64,000 nt of DNA from positions 1 to 64,000 of the forward strand of contig NIVC01003922.1 of the NCBI GenBank assembly GCA_002269645.1. Reading direction: 5' to 3'. Within the stretch, counting starts at the first letter, position 1, and the number at the start of each line of letters is the position of its first letter. This DNA comes from Macrostomum lignano (Eukaryota). The notes below the pieces were generated by a model. The model did not search any database and had not been told where the DNA came from. It saw only the letters and a list, made by a program, of their open reading frames with translations. The translations under genes were made by a program, and so were the position numbers. Positions 9,828 through 22,529 of this stretch are shown here, in pieces.

Positions 9828-12161
9828 GTGAATGCCGGATAGCTGGGGGAGTACCCACTACCGGGAAGGAAAAGAAAAGAAAGCCGGGGCAACTACAGGT
9901 AAAGACCGAAAAGTTGACCCGAAACACACAAACACAGACAAAACTCACACACTTGCGGCGTCGAAGAAAACAAATTGAAAAACGGGTGGCTCCACATAAT
10001 TCCAGTTAGGCAGTCCTAACGGCTTCACTCGGCAAAGCACACAAACTCAACTGCGGCTACCACTACCAGTTGTCTATGGCACATCCTGACAGGGAAAAAT
10101 TGGCTATTCAGAGAGACTTGACCTTCATTTTGCGGCCATGCTAGGGAACCCAAATGCCGACCGTAAACGGACTTACGGCACCTGTACAAATTCTCCCCTA
10201 GGGTTGCGCGCCGGACCCCATTTCCTTAAGAAAGCTACTACGAAGAAGCGTTGGCGCCTGGACCCAAAAACCCAAGTGGCGGGAGCAATCGCCATGGAGG
10301 TCCTCCCACTTTACTGCCCTTGCACAGCCGGAAAACCGTCGGAGTCCAGTGGGGCTTCCACCTCAGGACTACCAATCTTGTACACGCAGCTTCACAAAAG
10401 GCGGGAATCCAGCTCCCCTACGTCTAGCAGAATCCACAAAAACCAAGACCTCCCCTTTCTGTTCAGAGCGAAGGCGCGCAGCGGGAGTCCAGACTAAACT
10501 GTCCCCGAAGTTTTCAGGTTAGGCGGATTACAAGCCTGAAACTCTCGCCCGCTTTCCTAGGATAAACAGACCTAAGTGAGTATCTTCCTGAAATGCTTGC
10601 CCCTCCGATACTCCACCTTTGCTGCAGCTCGAAATAGCATACTTGGGACCTTTATCTGATGGCGGAGAAAGTCCTACAGTTGTCAGCCTCTCCACTTTAC
10701 TGTACTTGAACGCCCGGTTCTACCAGGAGACAGCGGTACCTCCATCTAGGTTATTCCAAGTTGCCAGAGACGTCAACCCGTCTTATTGACCTTGCGGGGC
10801 ACTGGGGTGGCACTCTATGTACCGGGGCTTTTACATTAGGGGACTGCATGCAACCCTGCGTCTAAGCGCTTAGTGGGCTGCAGTGGCCAGAGGGGAAAAG
10901 AGTTGCACAATAGCGCCTTCCTGGGCCAGGCTGACAAGTCGGGCAGGAGCGCCGTTCTACCGGGTCGGGCTGATTGGCACACCCACCTCCCCTATCAGAC
11001 TGACAGCAGGGGGGGGGAGGAATTACTAAAGGAGGAGAATGCAGCAGGAAAAATTACGAGATCACTGGGGGCCACCAGACTTCCAGTACACCATTCCAAT
11101 ACTCACTGAACTCCACTATCAATAGGATACTATGGGATCTACTATTTCCAGCCACTGCACCAGCCCAAATGCAACCAAAGCAGTTACTACCGGGTCTGCA
11201 ATGCAGTGGGGAGAGTCAGCAGACACGTTGGGATCGAATCCCAGCCATGAAGGCACCAGGGGTTGCCGCCGAATTCAGGTCCGGGCTGATCGCAGGTATT
11301 CCATAGGAGGTGACACTTTTTTTAGCCCGAGATTTTTGAGTCACACTGATACCCTACAGAGATACAATCACACCGCTATTCCCATTCCTGCGAGACTTTG
11401 GTATCCCCCAATGTTTCCAAGGCCATGACTACTGCTTCCCTTACTATGCATATATAGCGAGTTCCCCCTAGCCCTTGATAGCTGTTCATTCTAATGGACA
11501 AACAAAACACGCTCCGGTCTCTACGCATTTCTAGGATTAACTGAGCGATCAGGGAGAGCGACTGTTACACTCCCCCGAGTAAAAGAAAGAGGTAGGACAA
11601 AGGAAAGAAATGCTTCGCTTCTAGCTTCCCTGTGCTTGCGTGATGAGGCTTCCGTACCTGGCTGGCTGTCCACCTCAACACTCACACAGTTCTGCTGTAG
11701 GCTAGGCGAGAGAAAGAAAGGGAGGGGAAATAAAGCATATTGCCATGAAATAGAAAGTGAGTCCGGAAAATTCACTTTCGCAGTTCTTCACACACTCCGT
11801 TACCAGGTAGCTATTCTGATTGTAATCAAATCCGCTCGTCTACCACTTCACACTTTCTAGCGCTGAAGCTGATCGGCTAAATTAATTTTAAGTTGAATCA
11901 GGGGCTTTCGGCGAATGAATGAATTTGGAAATTTCGAATGAATTGAACGAATTCGCAGCCCGAAAAATTTGAAAAATTACATTAATATTTTTGGATTTTG
12001 TTGCCTCACGCCATGGGAGAAGAGAATGACGATTGGCGATTTTTACGATTGATAGATTTAGACATGGCACTCTTTGCGCTTCGGCCACCATTCTGAGGGA
12101 TGCCACAGGTGCACTTGTCACATCTAAACCACCAGTCCGAAACTCAGCACTGTTTGCACCA

Positions 12162-12180
12162 AATCCCACCGCTGCCACCA
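12162..12180 (-). other. Primer binding site, tRNA-Leu type
   Basis: Minus strand TGGTGGCAGCGGTGGGATT, 3 nt after the LTR end. Complementary to the 3' end (AATCCCACCGCTGCCA+CCA) of the canonical animal tRNA-Leu(AAG). Confidence 0.88.
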
Positions 12181-12183
12181 TTT

Positions 12184-14222
12184 TGATGTAACCGCCCTTG
12201 TCGCCTGCCCGCTCCGTAGAGAGACGAACGCATGACTAGAGGGGGCAATGACCGTAGGCTGCCTATGACCGGGCAATGACCTGACGGACCTCCAGCACCA
12301 GACTGTCCCGCCCACATGATTAGTAGCTTTGGTAGCGCTTCGTGACCAGAGGGCCAAGGACCCACATGGACCCCACCTGTAGCCAAGGTGCAATAGTTGG
12401 TCACTCGGTCATGGTATGACCGAGTGGCTGCCACCACTCTATGTGACCTGGCGCACCTGGATCTTTCTACCAGACCTCTAGAGGCTAGAGCCCCGCCTGG
12501 GATGGTTACCAGGAGATTTAGGCTAACAGGGGAGACACATGCAGCCGAGTACAGGGACTCTGCTTGGGGCATGATCGGGAACTCTGGGCTCAATCTGGAG
12601 GATTTCTCAGCAGGGGATCCTTTGTGACTGTGAGCGAGGCTGACTTACGACCTTGATTACTAAGAGTAGTATGAGGCGAACATGTACTGTCTACAGTTTA
12701 GATTGCTCAGGGCGAAGGGACGCGTCAGTATGGGGTTGCAACCTTCCTACTGCCATTCTGTGCCAAGTGTGCCAACTGCACGCACACGCGGCCCCGCAGC
12801 ACGCACTCACAGGCGGGCTTTGCACGGGGAGAGGCCATTAGCTTACCCAAACTTTCCTATGCTTTGCCACCCCGGGAGAAAGGCTTAGCAAGCCATGAGT
12901 GAAATGATGGTGGAAGAGTGAATAATGATGAAGTTATTTAATAGTTAATAATTCGGCCCTTAGGCAAATAATCAGGCAATTAGGCGGCTTCACTATTAAG
13001 TAAAAATATAGCAAAAGATACGGTATTACAACTGGCTCAGCTCTCTAATCAGACAATGGAGAAAATAGGCAAACTCCGGATAAGCAAAGGCAATTGGAGC
13101 ACAAATCAGTAATAGGAACTTACCGGCAGCTGCACAGAGAGAGAGAGAGAGAGAGAGAGGCGGAGTGACCGAGGGCGGCTGTAGGCTGCAGTCAGGCAGA
13201 TGGTGAAGCGGCGATGCGCTGAGGCGACGAGGCGCTGGTGTAGGAGCCCGAAGGTGGGCAAAAGTTGAGTCTTCTCATGCCGAAAACCGCCTCCTTTTAT
13301 AGCCTTCCCAGCCGCCGCTCCAAGGTCGTTCCCATGGCTCCCTCTCTCTGATTGGCTGCCGGCCGAATGACGTCAGAATGAGTCATGATGAGAAACATGA
13401 GACCGGCATAGCAACATGAGAAATAGGGAAATTGTGCAATCCGGAGGTGGGGTGGGGGATAATTGGCGCAGCGGGTGGTCGCGAAAGTGTTGCGCAAGCA
13501 AACATTGAGAACAATGGGGCCGGGGTCGAGAACAAAGGAATTGGAAATCGGGGATAATTGAGGAGAATCAAGAACAATGGAAAAGTAAACATTGGAGAAA
13601 AGGTGATAATTAGGTGCGAAAACGAGAACAAAAGAAAGAGAAAATCGGAGAAAATGCGATAATTGGTGGGGGTAGAGAGAACAAAAGAATCAAAAACGAG
13701 AACAATAGAAGCGGAGGTGGGGTGGGTGTCGCATGAGAAATTTGGGGAGGAGAACAATGGCGTGAGAAAAGGTTGCGCAAGAGAGGGGGATGAGTCATCG
13801 ATGAGTCATCCGGGGGAAGAAGGGGTCACACGACTTGCGTCACCGTTTGGGAGTTTGGGAAAGGATGGGAGGACGGTGAGCACACAACATACTGTAAGTA
13901 GACGTAGAGAAAGAGGGGACAGCGCAAGAATAGAGTGCAGAGAGAGACAAAAAAGAGGGGGGATAGGGAAAGTACAAGAAGAATAGGGTGGAGTGCAGGG
14001 GAGATAAGGTAGAGGGGAGGGTACAGAGAGGGACAGGGAGCTCCGGAAAGGCAGGTGTGGCGGCAGGGGAGACGGAACCAAGGCAGCAGGGGGGTGCAGC
14101 AGAGCGGGAGTCTCCAGGCCTGGTCGGAAACCTGGCCGAGTCTCGACGGCTCTGTGCAGGGGGTACACGGGATAGGAGGCACTTTCGAAAAAGTTCCTAT
14201 GCCCTATCCCATGGTTACATCA
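12184..14222 (-). repeat. 5' LTR, 2039 bp
   Basis: 10-bp terminal inverted repeat TGATGTAACC/GGTTACATCA, adjacent PBS, homology to 1-1351. Confidence 0.88.
13293..13375 (-). promoter_or_regulatory. LTR promoter: TATA, CCAAT, CRE
   Basis: Minus strand CTATAAAAGG (13293-13302), CAGCCAATCA (~13350), TGACGTCA (13368-13375). All are conserved in the other LTR. A donor CCG|GTAAGT lies downstream at ~13124. Confidence 0.65.
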
Positions 14223-14709
14223 AATGATTAAAATGTAGATCCAATAGAAGTTTAAGCAGAAAAAAGTTTACTGTATATTTATTGTCAGCCATTCTGGTAT
14301 TTTGGTTAGTTAAATTACTTTAAATGTACAGGTTTGTGTGCGTCATCAATATGGCAGTTCCAGGTTGCAGTGTTTTACTGTAAGTACATGTAGTAAAATT
14401 AAATTTGTTCTATATTAGTTTCCGCCAATGACTGCGCCTCTACACTAATTCAAAAGAGAAAGTTCAGAAAGCACACTGTTTAGCAAATTTTAAAAAAGGC
14501 AGCAATTTAAGCTATTTTGAAATGCTTATTTGAGGATTGACAAAAAATCAGATCAAACCCCAATGTTATTAGAGCAAGACAATATTAAATCACAAACAAA
14601 CAGTTATTTAGAATATTAAAAGATAATTTTCCACTGAAAGCTCAGCACTTGCTCTTTGGATTTTATAACTTGACTCGCAGATTGCAACTGTGGTGGGTGC
14701 TATTCAGTA

Positions 14710-15243
14710 CTATTGCTTGTGCTGCTGCTGTCGCTGCTGCTGCTGTTGCTGCTTCTCCTGCTGCTGCTGTGCCTGCTGCTCCTGCCGCTGTTGGGCGTAG
14801 TATTGCTTCACTGCCTCGCAGCGAGACACTCAGTGATTTTCCCCGCAGAAGTAGCATTCTATTTCTGTGAAAGAAGACAGGCATGGTGAAATAGTCAGTT
14901 TTTTAATTTAACACAATCGTGTTTGATTTATACTTAAGCCCAGAATTAAATTCAATAATTTGACTAAGACTGATTCGTACGATTGGTTCGTTTGCTTCAA
15001 AGAGTGAAGAAAGAGAGAAAGCAAATGTGTGTACGCGATCTGTATTTAGAACTCTACGGGTTGTTTGCTTCTAAGAGTTAACAAGAAAGAAGAAAGTTTT
15101 TGTAAGTGTTAAGTATTTATAAAACTCTACACTTCTAAGAGAGGTGAAATGAAAAAGCAGTAACAATACGTACGATACTTACTTCGGCAAGGTTGGTTCT
15201 GGCGGCGTCGAGGCCGGCCGCCTTCGATGATGGTAATTTTCAT
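14710..15243 (-). pseudogene. Two-exon mini-gene: CCHC zinc knuckle plus polyQ, with in-frame TGA
   Basis: Exon 15243-15183 (GTAAGT donor) joins 14864-14710 (TTTCACAG acceptor) to give MKITIIEGGRPRRRQNQPCRKIECYFCGENH*VSRCEAVKQYYAQQRQEQQ.... TATAAATA at ~15352-15360. Confidence 0.55.
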
Positions 15244-16319
15244 AAGATTGAGTTTAGTAGCAAGTAGCAAGTAGATTCAGTAGCAAGAAGAATAGTAGTA
15301 GTAATAGTAAGAAATTCAGTAGCGAACAGAAAATGGGCAAAAAGTGAGAATATATTTATAGCAAAACGTTTTGGGGGTGGTTGGTGGGTTGGCCACGCAG
15401 GGCTGGGGCAGTCAAATGGAGCTAAGCTCAAGAGAGTGACAGCAGTGGCTGGATTGGTTGGGCTAAGCCATGCGGGGGATTGCGGGTTGAGGGGTAAAGC
15501 TCACGCTGGCAGAGAGAAGGAGCGAGAGCACTATGTTGGGTGGGTGGATTAAGCCAAGCTGGGCCAGGGGAGGTTGAGTTAAAACCAGTTTAAGCTAGTA
15601 AGTAGCAATACTCGGCAGTTTTTAATTGTCGCGACTTTCTTAGTCATGTCAAAGACTTAGTTGTAAAATCCGGGTTGGGGTTGATTGCAAGTAAGAATTA
15701 GGAGGGGTGGTAGAGTGTAGAGTGTGCGACTGAGAAGATAGGCGAGATTATAGAGCCAATCAGAAGGCGGGTACAGAGAGAGAAAAGAATAACAAGACTG
15801 AACTGGATAGAGAGGGACGGAAAATAAAGTAAACCCAAACAAGTCCTCATGAACTGGATAAATCTATCTAAATATACGAAATCCATTTACCAAATGACTG
15901 ACTAATAATTCTGACTAAATTGACTAACTAAATGACTCATTGTTTAAGTGTGAAAAACGATAATCGCAGATAACCTTGAGAGGGGTTGGCCCTGGCAGTT
16001 CAATTAGCCTCGCGAGATCACGCTATTGTAAGGTCTAGACCCCACCCACCCCAGCGGATTTAGTCTGGAAACAAAGAAATCGCAGACAGGGGAGGGGTAT
16101 CTGCATTCTGATTGGCTGTTTAGTGGTGTGGGTTAACTGGTGGTGATTGGGGTGTGGGCTTGACTATTGCAACTTAAAATGTAAAATGTAAATGTAAATG
16201 TAAAAGTCAAAATGTATTGCAAATTGTGTTTTTTAATCTGCTATTTCTACTGAAGTATTTTGCACTGCAACATTTCTAGAAACTCTTTCTATTTTCTATG
16301 TTTTGTTTCGACTTTGTTA

Positions 16320-17620
16320 AAACTGAACAACTTAGCAACAACGGCGTCTACAATCAGCAAGAAGATAAGGGCTAAAATCTCCGGCCTGAAACTGGGCTAC
16401 ATGAATGCAGCGGTTACTGACCTCGTGACTGAGTTGAAGGAGATCAAGTCGTACACGAAAAACGAAGTTCGAAACGAAGTTATTTCATTCGTCTTGATAG
16501 ACGACTCGGCTGAGATGAGAGTCAGCGTTTTCGGCAAGGACCTGCGGTCTATTTGGGAAGTTTGCAATACTTTCGATGCTATTCGCATAGCCGGCGGAAT
16601 GGTAAAGACTTCGGATCCGAGATACAACAGCACGAATAATCCTATGGAGGTGTCTCTTTCAGTTGACTCCAAGGGATCAATATATCGAAGCAATGAAGTT
16701 CCGACTGTTAGTGAACGGGCGTGTAACTATACGCGAATAAGCGACCTTCAAAACGTACGCCTGCAAGGTTGAGTTGCATTGGATCTATCTACTTGTTTGT
16801 ATTGTATAGACAGACAGTATAATACAATATATATGTACAATAGACATAATAGTATAGAAAATATGAATTGTATCGGCAACTGTGTAGCACTGTAGTTGTT
16901 CGGCTTTTATAAATTATTTTGACTAGATTAGCAATCCATTCTATGCCTTCATCCTTTGATGTTGGCTAGACTAGCAGTCCATTATATTCATTCGTCCATT
17001 GATGTAGGTAGGATTAAATTAACTTCAAAAAGCGTTTTGAGGTTTTAAAAGACCTCAAAAAACCCTTTTGTCCCCTCTTTATTTGCCTTTTATTGGAAAT
17101 GTCGATGTCCTTGGAGCAATCGACACACTGCAGCAGCCCGAGGAAGTTGTGACGAAGGCTGGGAAGCGGATAAACGTAGCCAGTGACTCTTGTTGACCAG
17201 TCCTGTCGTTCTGTCTCCTGCACGTTTTGGGGGTCGTCCTCCGATCAAACTGTCAATTGGAGTGTCGGCGACATTTTGTCGATAAGACGAGCAAAAGTAC
17301 AGGAGTACGCCGGTGCTGTTGTACTTGGATGTACTTGCTCTGAAGTTCGGCTCAACTTGGACGACACCGAGGTTACGACTTTGACTGACTGGTACACGAA
17401 TACCAGTACATGATACCAGTACTGGTACATGAAACTCAGTTTCAATCTCTGGGTGCTCCGTGTCCATCAGGCGCGGTTGGTGGCTCTTCTGACCAAAGGG
17501 AAAACAACAGGCGAGTTGTTATGCAACTACCGGTTTCGCACGAATCTTTCCGGGATGTAGACGAAATTGCCTTGAACTTTGGAGAAGAAATAAAATTGCG
17601 CGTGTTCATTGTACATGTAA
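16320..17620 (+). pseudogene. RPA70-like tandem OB-fold ssDNA-binding protein, degraded
   Basis: First OB fold (SFVLIDDSAEMRVSVFG...) ends at a donor at 16768. Second has VDVLGAID...VTKAGK and TLVDQSCRSVSCTFWG...SIRRAKVQEY...LTDWY. There is a frameshift near 17180 and the expected acceptor reads TG. Confidence 0.7.
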
Positions 17621-17970
17621 TTTAGGTAATTTTTACATTTTTTATTTTACATTATTTTAAATTTACATAATTTTATTTTACATAATTTTACATTATTTAA
17701 TTTGTTTCTACACACTAACGTACTACAACATTGTATATTACAATACAGATTGACACCAATGAAAAATTCGTAACAGAATTAGTGCAATGGTACTATCTTG
17801 TTGGCAAAGCCTTCTGTAAAAAAATTCTAATTATTGTCCATTTAAGACTTTTTTGCAATTGTAAATATACAGAGTATATAAAAAAGCTCTGTCTTAAGTA
17901 TAACTTCAATCTTTCAGGTTTGACAGTGGTGAGTTAGCCTCACCAGCTGTGGTTTTATTTAATACGCTAG

Positions 17971-18270
17971 GTGTTGTTCGGATCCCGGGTGATGGGAATT
18001 GCTTTTTTCATGCAGTATGTGATCAGTTGCAGGGCACTACGCTTGAGACCAATGCAGCGTTTTAAGGCATGAACTGACATGCCGTGTAGTGCAGGTAATG
18101 CCAGTATTTACGTTAAAATGATACGTCCTGGAGACTAGCGTATTGCGTAAAAATGCTGCTCGGGCAATATATGACTGCATATCATGCAATGCTTGCTATA
18201 GATGCAAGACCCGAAAATGGGTAATTTTTAATGAGCTCTCATTGCAGCAAAAGAATTAATACTAAAATTC
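17971..18270 (+). pseudogene. OTU-like cysteine protease remnant
   Basis: VVRIPGDGNCFFHAVCDQL catalytic Cys motif after an AG acceptor, then frameshifts and stops. Confidence 0.65.
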
Positions 18271-20309
18271 GATCGCTTGTAAGACATGGTCGCTTGCATC
18301 AATAGAGTTAATTTTGCGCTCCGAGGCAAATCCGATTTATTAAATTGGAGAACAGTCTACATCCACAGCCAGTTCGTCCTGCCAGTTTCAGTCTATTGCG
18401 TGGAAGGCCTTGATCAAGAGTAAAAAATGGTATCCAATAATTCTCCAATCCTATGGAGCTTTTTCGCGGAATCGCAGAAAGGCCGGAATTCGACAACTCG
18501 CCTTTTAAGCACGACTCTCGCGACTGGCGATTAATTTGAGGGACTATAAATAATAATTAATGTAATGTTTTGCAGCCGGTCGAAAACAGTTAAGTTGAAC
18601 GAGATCCAAGATGTCGAACGTTGGCACGAATAACAAAAGCACATCATCAGCATGCTAACGACGTCCTCGAGTTCTCGAGCCTCAACAATGGCCTACCCTT
18701 ATGCCACAATCAGGATCGACAATGAACATTTACATGGAAAAGAGGTGCTCATTTCTGATTTTCTGAGTCAGCGGTACCTACCAAATGACAGTGCAAGCAA
18801 CGAGCTTGTATTGTCCGAAAATGAGCCTCGTCTGGCGTATTACATTCACTGTGCGCTCTCTAACGCTTATCGAATCTTCTGACATGTTGCAGCACCTTGA
18901 CCAAGGACCACTAAATTAACGTATAGTAGTCCTTGAACTTGACGTGTGCCAGTTAGGAGTCCGTCCCCGTCTACCTGCCAGCAAAAGCAGAGAAACAAAG
19001 CCTGCAGACTTCAAGCGAGGTGACGCCTACCAAGTCAGCTACAATTAAGCACCAGCGTCTGACTGCTGAATCAAATAAACCTCCATCGAATGCGATGTCT
19101 ACTGAACCGTTAAAAAACAAGTGCGAAAACGCAGTGCTCAGCACAGCAAAGCAATTCTGGTGGAGCCGATGGTACAGACTGGGTGGAGGCTCCACCAGCA
19201 AAGATCTTGGTGAGTACACCAGCCAGACAGCATTTTTAAAGCATGCTGCTGCTGCCGCCGCGGTGCTGCGGACGCTACTACAGCTAGCTTGTCTTCATCG
19301 GACGATTCGTACAGCTCTGATGATGATGAGTAAAAATTTTGACAAAGTTTTTACCTATAAAGTTTTAACTAAAATTTGTTAAATTTGGCTAGGGAAACAT
19401 TATTTAGGAAAAAAAGCTTAAAACATTTTTGCTGCCGTTAACTCCTTGTATGCCTACCAGGTTTTGTAATTTATCCGAATTTACGATAGTATAGTCATGT
19501 TTAACTTGTATTATTATTTTTCCGTTTTAGCCACTTGTCCTATTAATACTTACTGCAAGTCTGAATCTGCGTCTGCTTAAAAAGATCAAACAGATCAAAC
19601 AGAAGCTACAGGCCAGAAACCGGTTTTGCAAACTATTCTTAAGCCGATCAACAATGCTTAAGCTGTAGTTTAATTTATTAAAACGCTAAAATCCAACTTT
19701 GTCCGGCAGGAAACCTAACTGTATATAATTGTAAATTAAGTTTTCAGGTAGTTTTAGCTTTACGATTTATCAACGATACTATTAATTGTGTACATTACGA
19801 TTCAGTAAAAATTCAGAGCAGTCCCTGTTGGCTTTATTGGTCATGTTTGGCCAAAATTCGGGTTCTATAGTCTAAAAAGATATGCAGGGTACTATTCGGA
19901 TTATCTAGTTGGGTACGACGCAGAAACTTTTCCACAAGCAGTTTTTTTTTAATCAACATCAAAACCAAGGCTTTTTGTAACATTTTTTCGAAAAAGTTTG
20001 TTCTTATGGGTGTTCAAAACAGTCATGAATTGAATATCTTAACCATGTCAATGATTTTTTAATCTCAAATGTTAACTAAACTAAACTAAACAAGTAAACA
20101 ACTAATCAAATCGCAGTTGCGATGCAATTTTTCACAAACATTTTGCCTTGTTTTCATTTATTTGCCTTGTTTCCTCATGTCTAGTAAACGTGTCAGCTAT
20201 ACCCAACCAAACCAAATCATCATTTTTTTCTTACAGCCGCAAATGACATACCGTAGTTAACTCTGAACCTAATAATATTGTGCTCGATACGGCCGAGTGC
20301 ACTAGCTAG

Positions 20310-20990
20310 GTGCACACAATGCCGCGTGCACAATGCCGAAAAAAGTTCAGCAATCAAGCTGAGCTGCATCCCCCCTCGCATTGTGATTGTTTTTCGCCGG
20401 AACGATTACTGACCGGATCGCTGCAAAACCTGCTCGAAAACCCACTATATGGGTGGTCCATTGCTTTGCGCGAGTCAGCTTATCGTGGTTGGGTAAATTT
20501 TATTGAATTTACTCCAACTTTTGAACAGAGTGAACAAGAGAGCTCGGGTTTTACTTCCTGCCGAGTTGATTGCACCTTTAAGAGGACCAATATTTAAAAT
20601 ATTGGAAAAATTAATTCGCCTAGTTTATTAATGAGTCTGCTTTCACTTAAAAGTGAAACTATCTCGACCGAAACAGACAACAGCAGACGACGGCGACGGC
20701 AATGAATCAAGCAAGGAGATAATCTCGGCCTATTTCAATAACAACAATGCGACAATATCATTCGATGAGACTATTGCAAATAGTGACATGCTGTTATCTC
20801 CCGAGGCCTACAATGACTGGTTCGCACGTGTTATTAATCAGCTATTGACAAAAATTGATGATTTTCCATCTCGAGGTAGTAATTGGCAATATGGAGCAAT
20901 CGAACAGCTAGACTTGATGCTTGAGTTAATCGCAAAAGCCATGCAAGCACACTATTAAATACGTCCCACGAAGGTGTGGATCGGACTGCA
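20310..20990 (+). pseudogene. Polinton PolB N-terminal region with C2H2-like finger
   Basis: CRKKFSNQAELH finger remnant. AYFNNNN...LLTKIDDFPSRGSNWQYGAIEQLDL resembles the Polinton PolB N-terminal GSGW motif. Confidence 0.5.
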
Positions 20991-21118
20991 CCAGTACGGT
21001 CCGAACCGATCCGTAAGAAAAGAGTTGCACTCAAAGTTTCGATATCCATCGGTCGCAAGCAAGATACAGTCTTGTATCTGAAACCGCATCGAGCTAATTA
21101 ACTTGATTGTTTTCAATT

Positions 21119-21753
21119 TTTGTCATCGCCAGCAAGTTTGATCTCTTGACAACAGATCAGTAGTATACGCTTTTCCTCAGTCAGTAGGAAAGCCGATTTC
21201 CTTTTGGCGAAATATTTAGTCAGTAAAGGCTCAAAAAGTGACAGTCCAAAATTTTATGTGCACGCAGTTTGAAATTCCATGTACAAACAGTCTAAAATTT
21301 CAAGTGCACGTTGAATAACATTTACGCAACGAATAATTGCTTATCCAGACGAATGACATGTGCATAGACACCTGTCCAAAATACAATGTTAACGAATCTA
21401 GGAATGGTGACACAAACACACTATTCATAAGATTCTATTCAAGTTAAATTTACTTTAAAGCTATTCACACATTTTAAGTGTTATCGAAATGTGGAATTGA
21501 AAACTTGCGATTATTATCACCCTTTTGAAGAAAGATAAAAAATTCTCTATTATTAAGTACCCATAGTTTTTCCCACCAACTTTTACAAGTTTGTAAAAGT
21601 TTGTAAAAAACAAGGTTTACAGATACTATACCAACCACGTCAGCATGCTTTTGTGTGTATATATATGTATAATATAATTAATATATAATATTAATATTAA
21701 TATATAATATTATATTAATATATAATATTATATTATAATTTGTCATCGCCAGC
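21119..21753 (+). mobile_element. Probable retroposed insert with AT-rich tail and 15-bp direct repeat
   Basis: TTTGTCATCGCCAGC at 21119-21133 and 21739-21753. An ~80-bp AT-only tract lies immediately before the second copy. Confidence 0.45.
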
Positions 21754-22529
21754 GTGTCTATATATACAGCACACACGGAAAATATTCAATAAAACTCAAA
21801 CTAAATTTACATTACACCAGTTGTTCGACTATACTTGCATCGTTAGTCAAATGATCACGTCAGGAGGAATTGGCCGAGCGCTGTGTTAAAGAAGGTAAGA
21901 TAATTACCTACTTTAGTTCAGTTTCTAGATTGATTGTCTGCTAGTTCGGTTTCTGTTTAGATTAATCGTCTGCTAGTTCAGATTCTGTATACATATTGCA
22001 TATACGCTTACCAAATTTACCCTCATCTAATTATTTCTACAGCAATCGAGAATGGTGCCTTTACGCGATGAGCAGACAACCGCATTTATTCTGCAACGTC
22101 ATCTTCTAAAACTCTTGCAAGAGTGACTTCGATTCTATTAGTCAATCCTAAGATCTATTAGTCAATCAATTAGTCCACAAACGAACCCACGACCACCAGT
22201 AACAGCTGTCCTAGACCAACTGCGTACACCATCACCACTAGTCGGCTACAACGACCTAACAAACCAAGCTCGCAATAGGCCTACAAATACCGAGTCAAGA
22301 ACGGAAACCATGTCATCAATTGCTATTTCTAGCCAAATTCAACACCTATATATCAACTCGCCAATTCTTACACAGAAGGACGTGAAGTGTGTAAAAGTGT
22401 CTCAAACGAGCACAGAATTCTACCAAGTGGAATTAACAAAAACTAGCAATGCAACTTAAGCATTTGAATATTGGGACCTATCTCAGACATTTTTTAACTC
22501 TTCATCAAATTTTGCTAGTAATCTGTTCA

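Larger units (their letters stand above)
1..14222 (-). mobile_element. Gypsy-type LTR retroelement, non-autonomous (gag-protease, no RT/RNaseH seen), left end truncated by window
   Basis: 1-1351 matches 13038-14222 as a diverged direct repeat. Right LTR has TGATGTAACC...GGTTACATCA termini. tRNA-Leu PBS lies next to the right LTR and a PPT next to the left LTR. gag and retropepsin are on the minus strand. Confidence 0.88.

Noticed and set aside
9830-12160. Possible RT, env or extra ORF in the 2.3-kb leader
   Set aside because: Only short ORFs without recognisable motifs. It is more likely an intron-containing 5' UTR (donor ~13124, acceptors near 9850-9895).
13021-13040. ...TATTACA ACTGGCTCAG resembling another LTR end plus PBS
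   Set aside because: No matching TGTAATA start was found upstream, and it lies inside the well-defined 2-kb LTR.
14830-14832. Selenocysteine at the in-frame TGA
   Set aside because: The position is not a metal ligand and matches a usual Trp, I saw no SECIS-like hairpin, and the neighbouring genes are also decayed.
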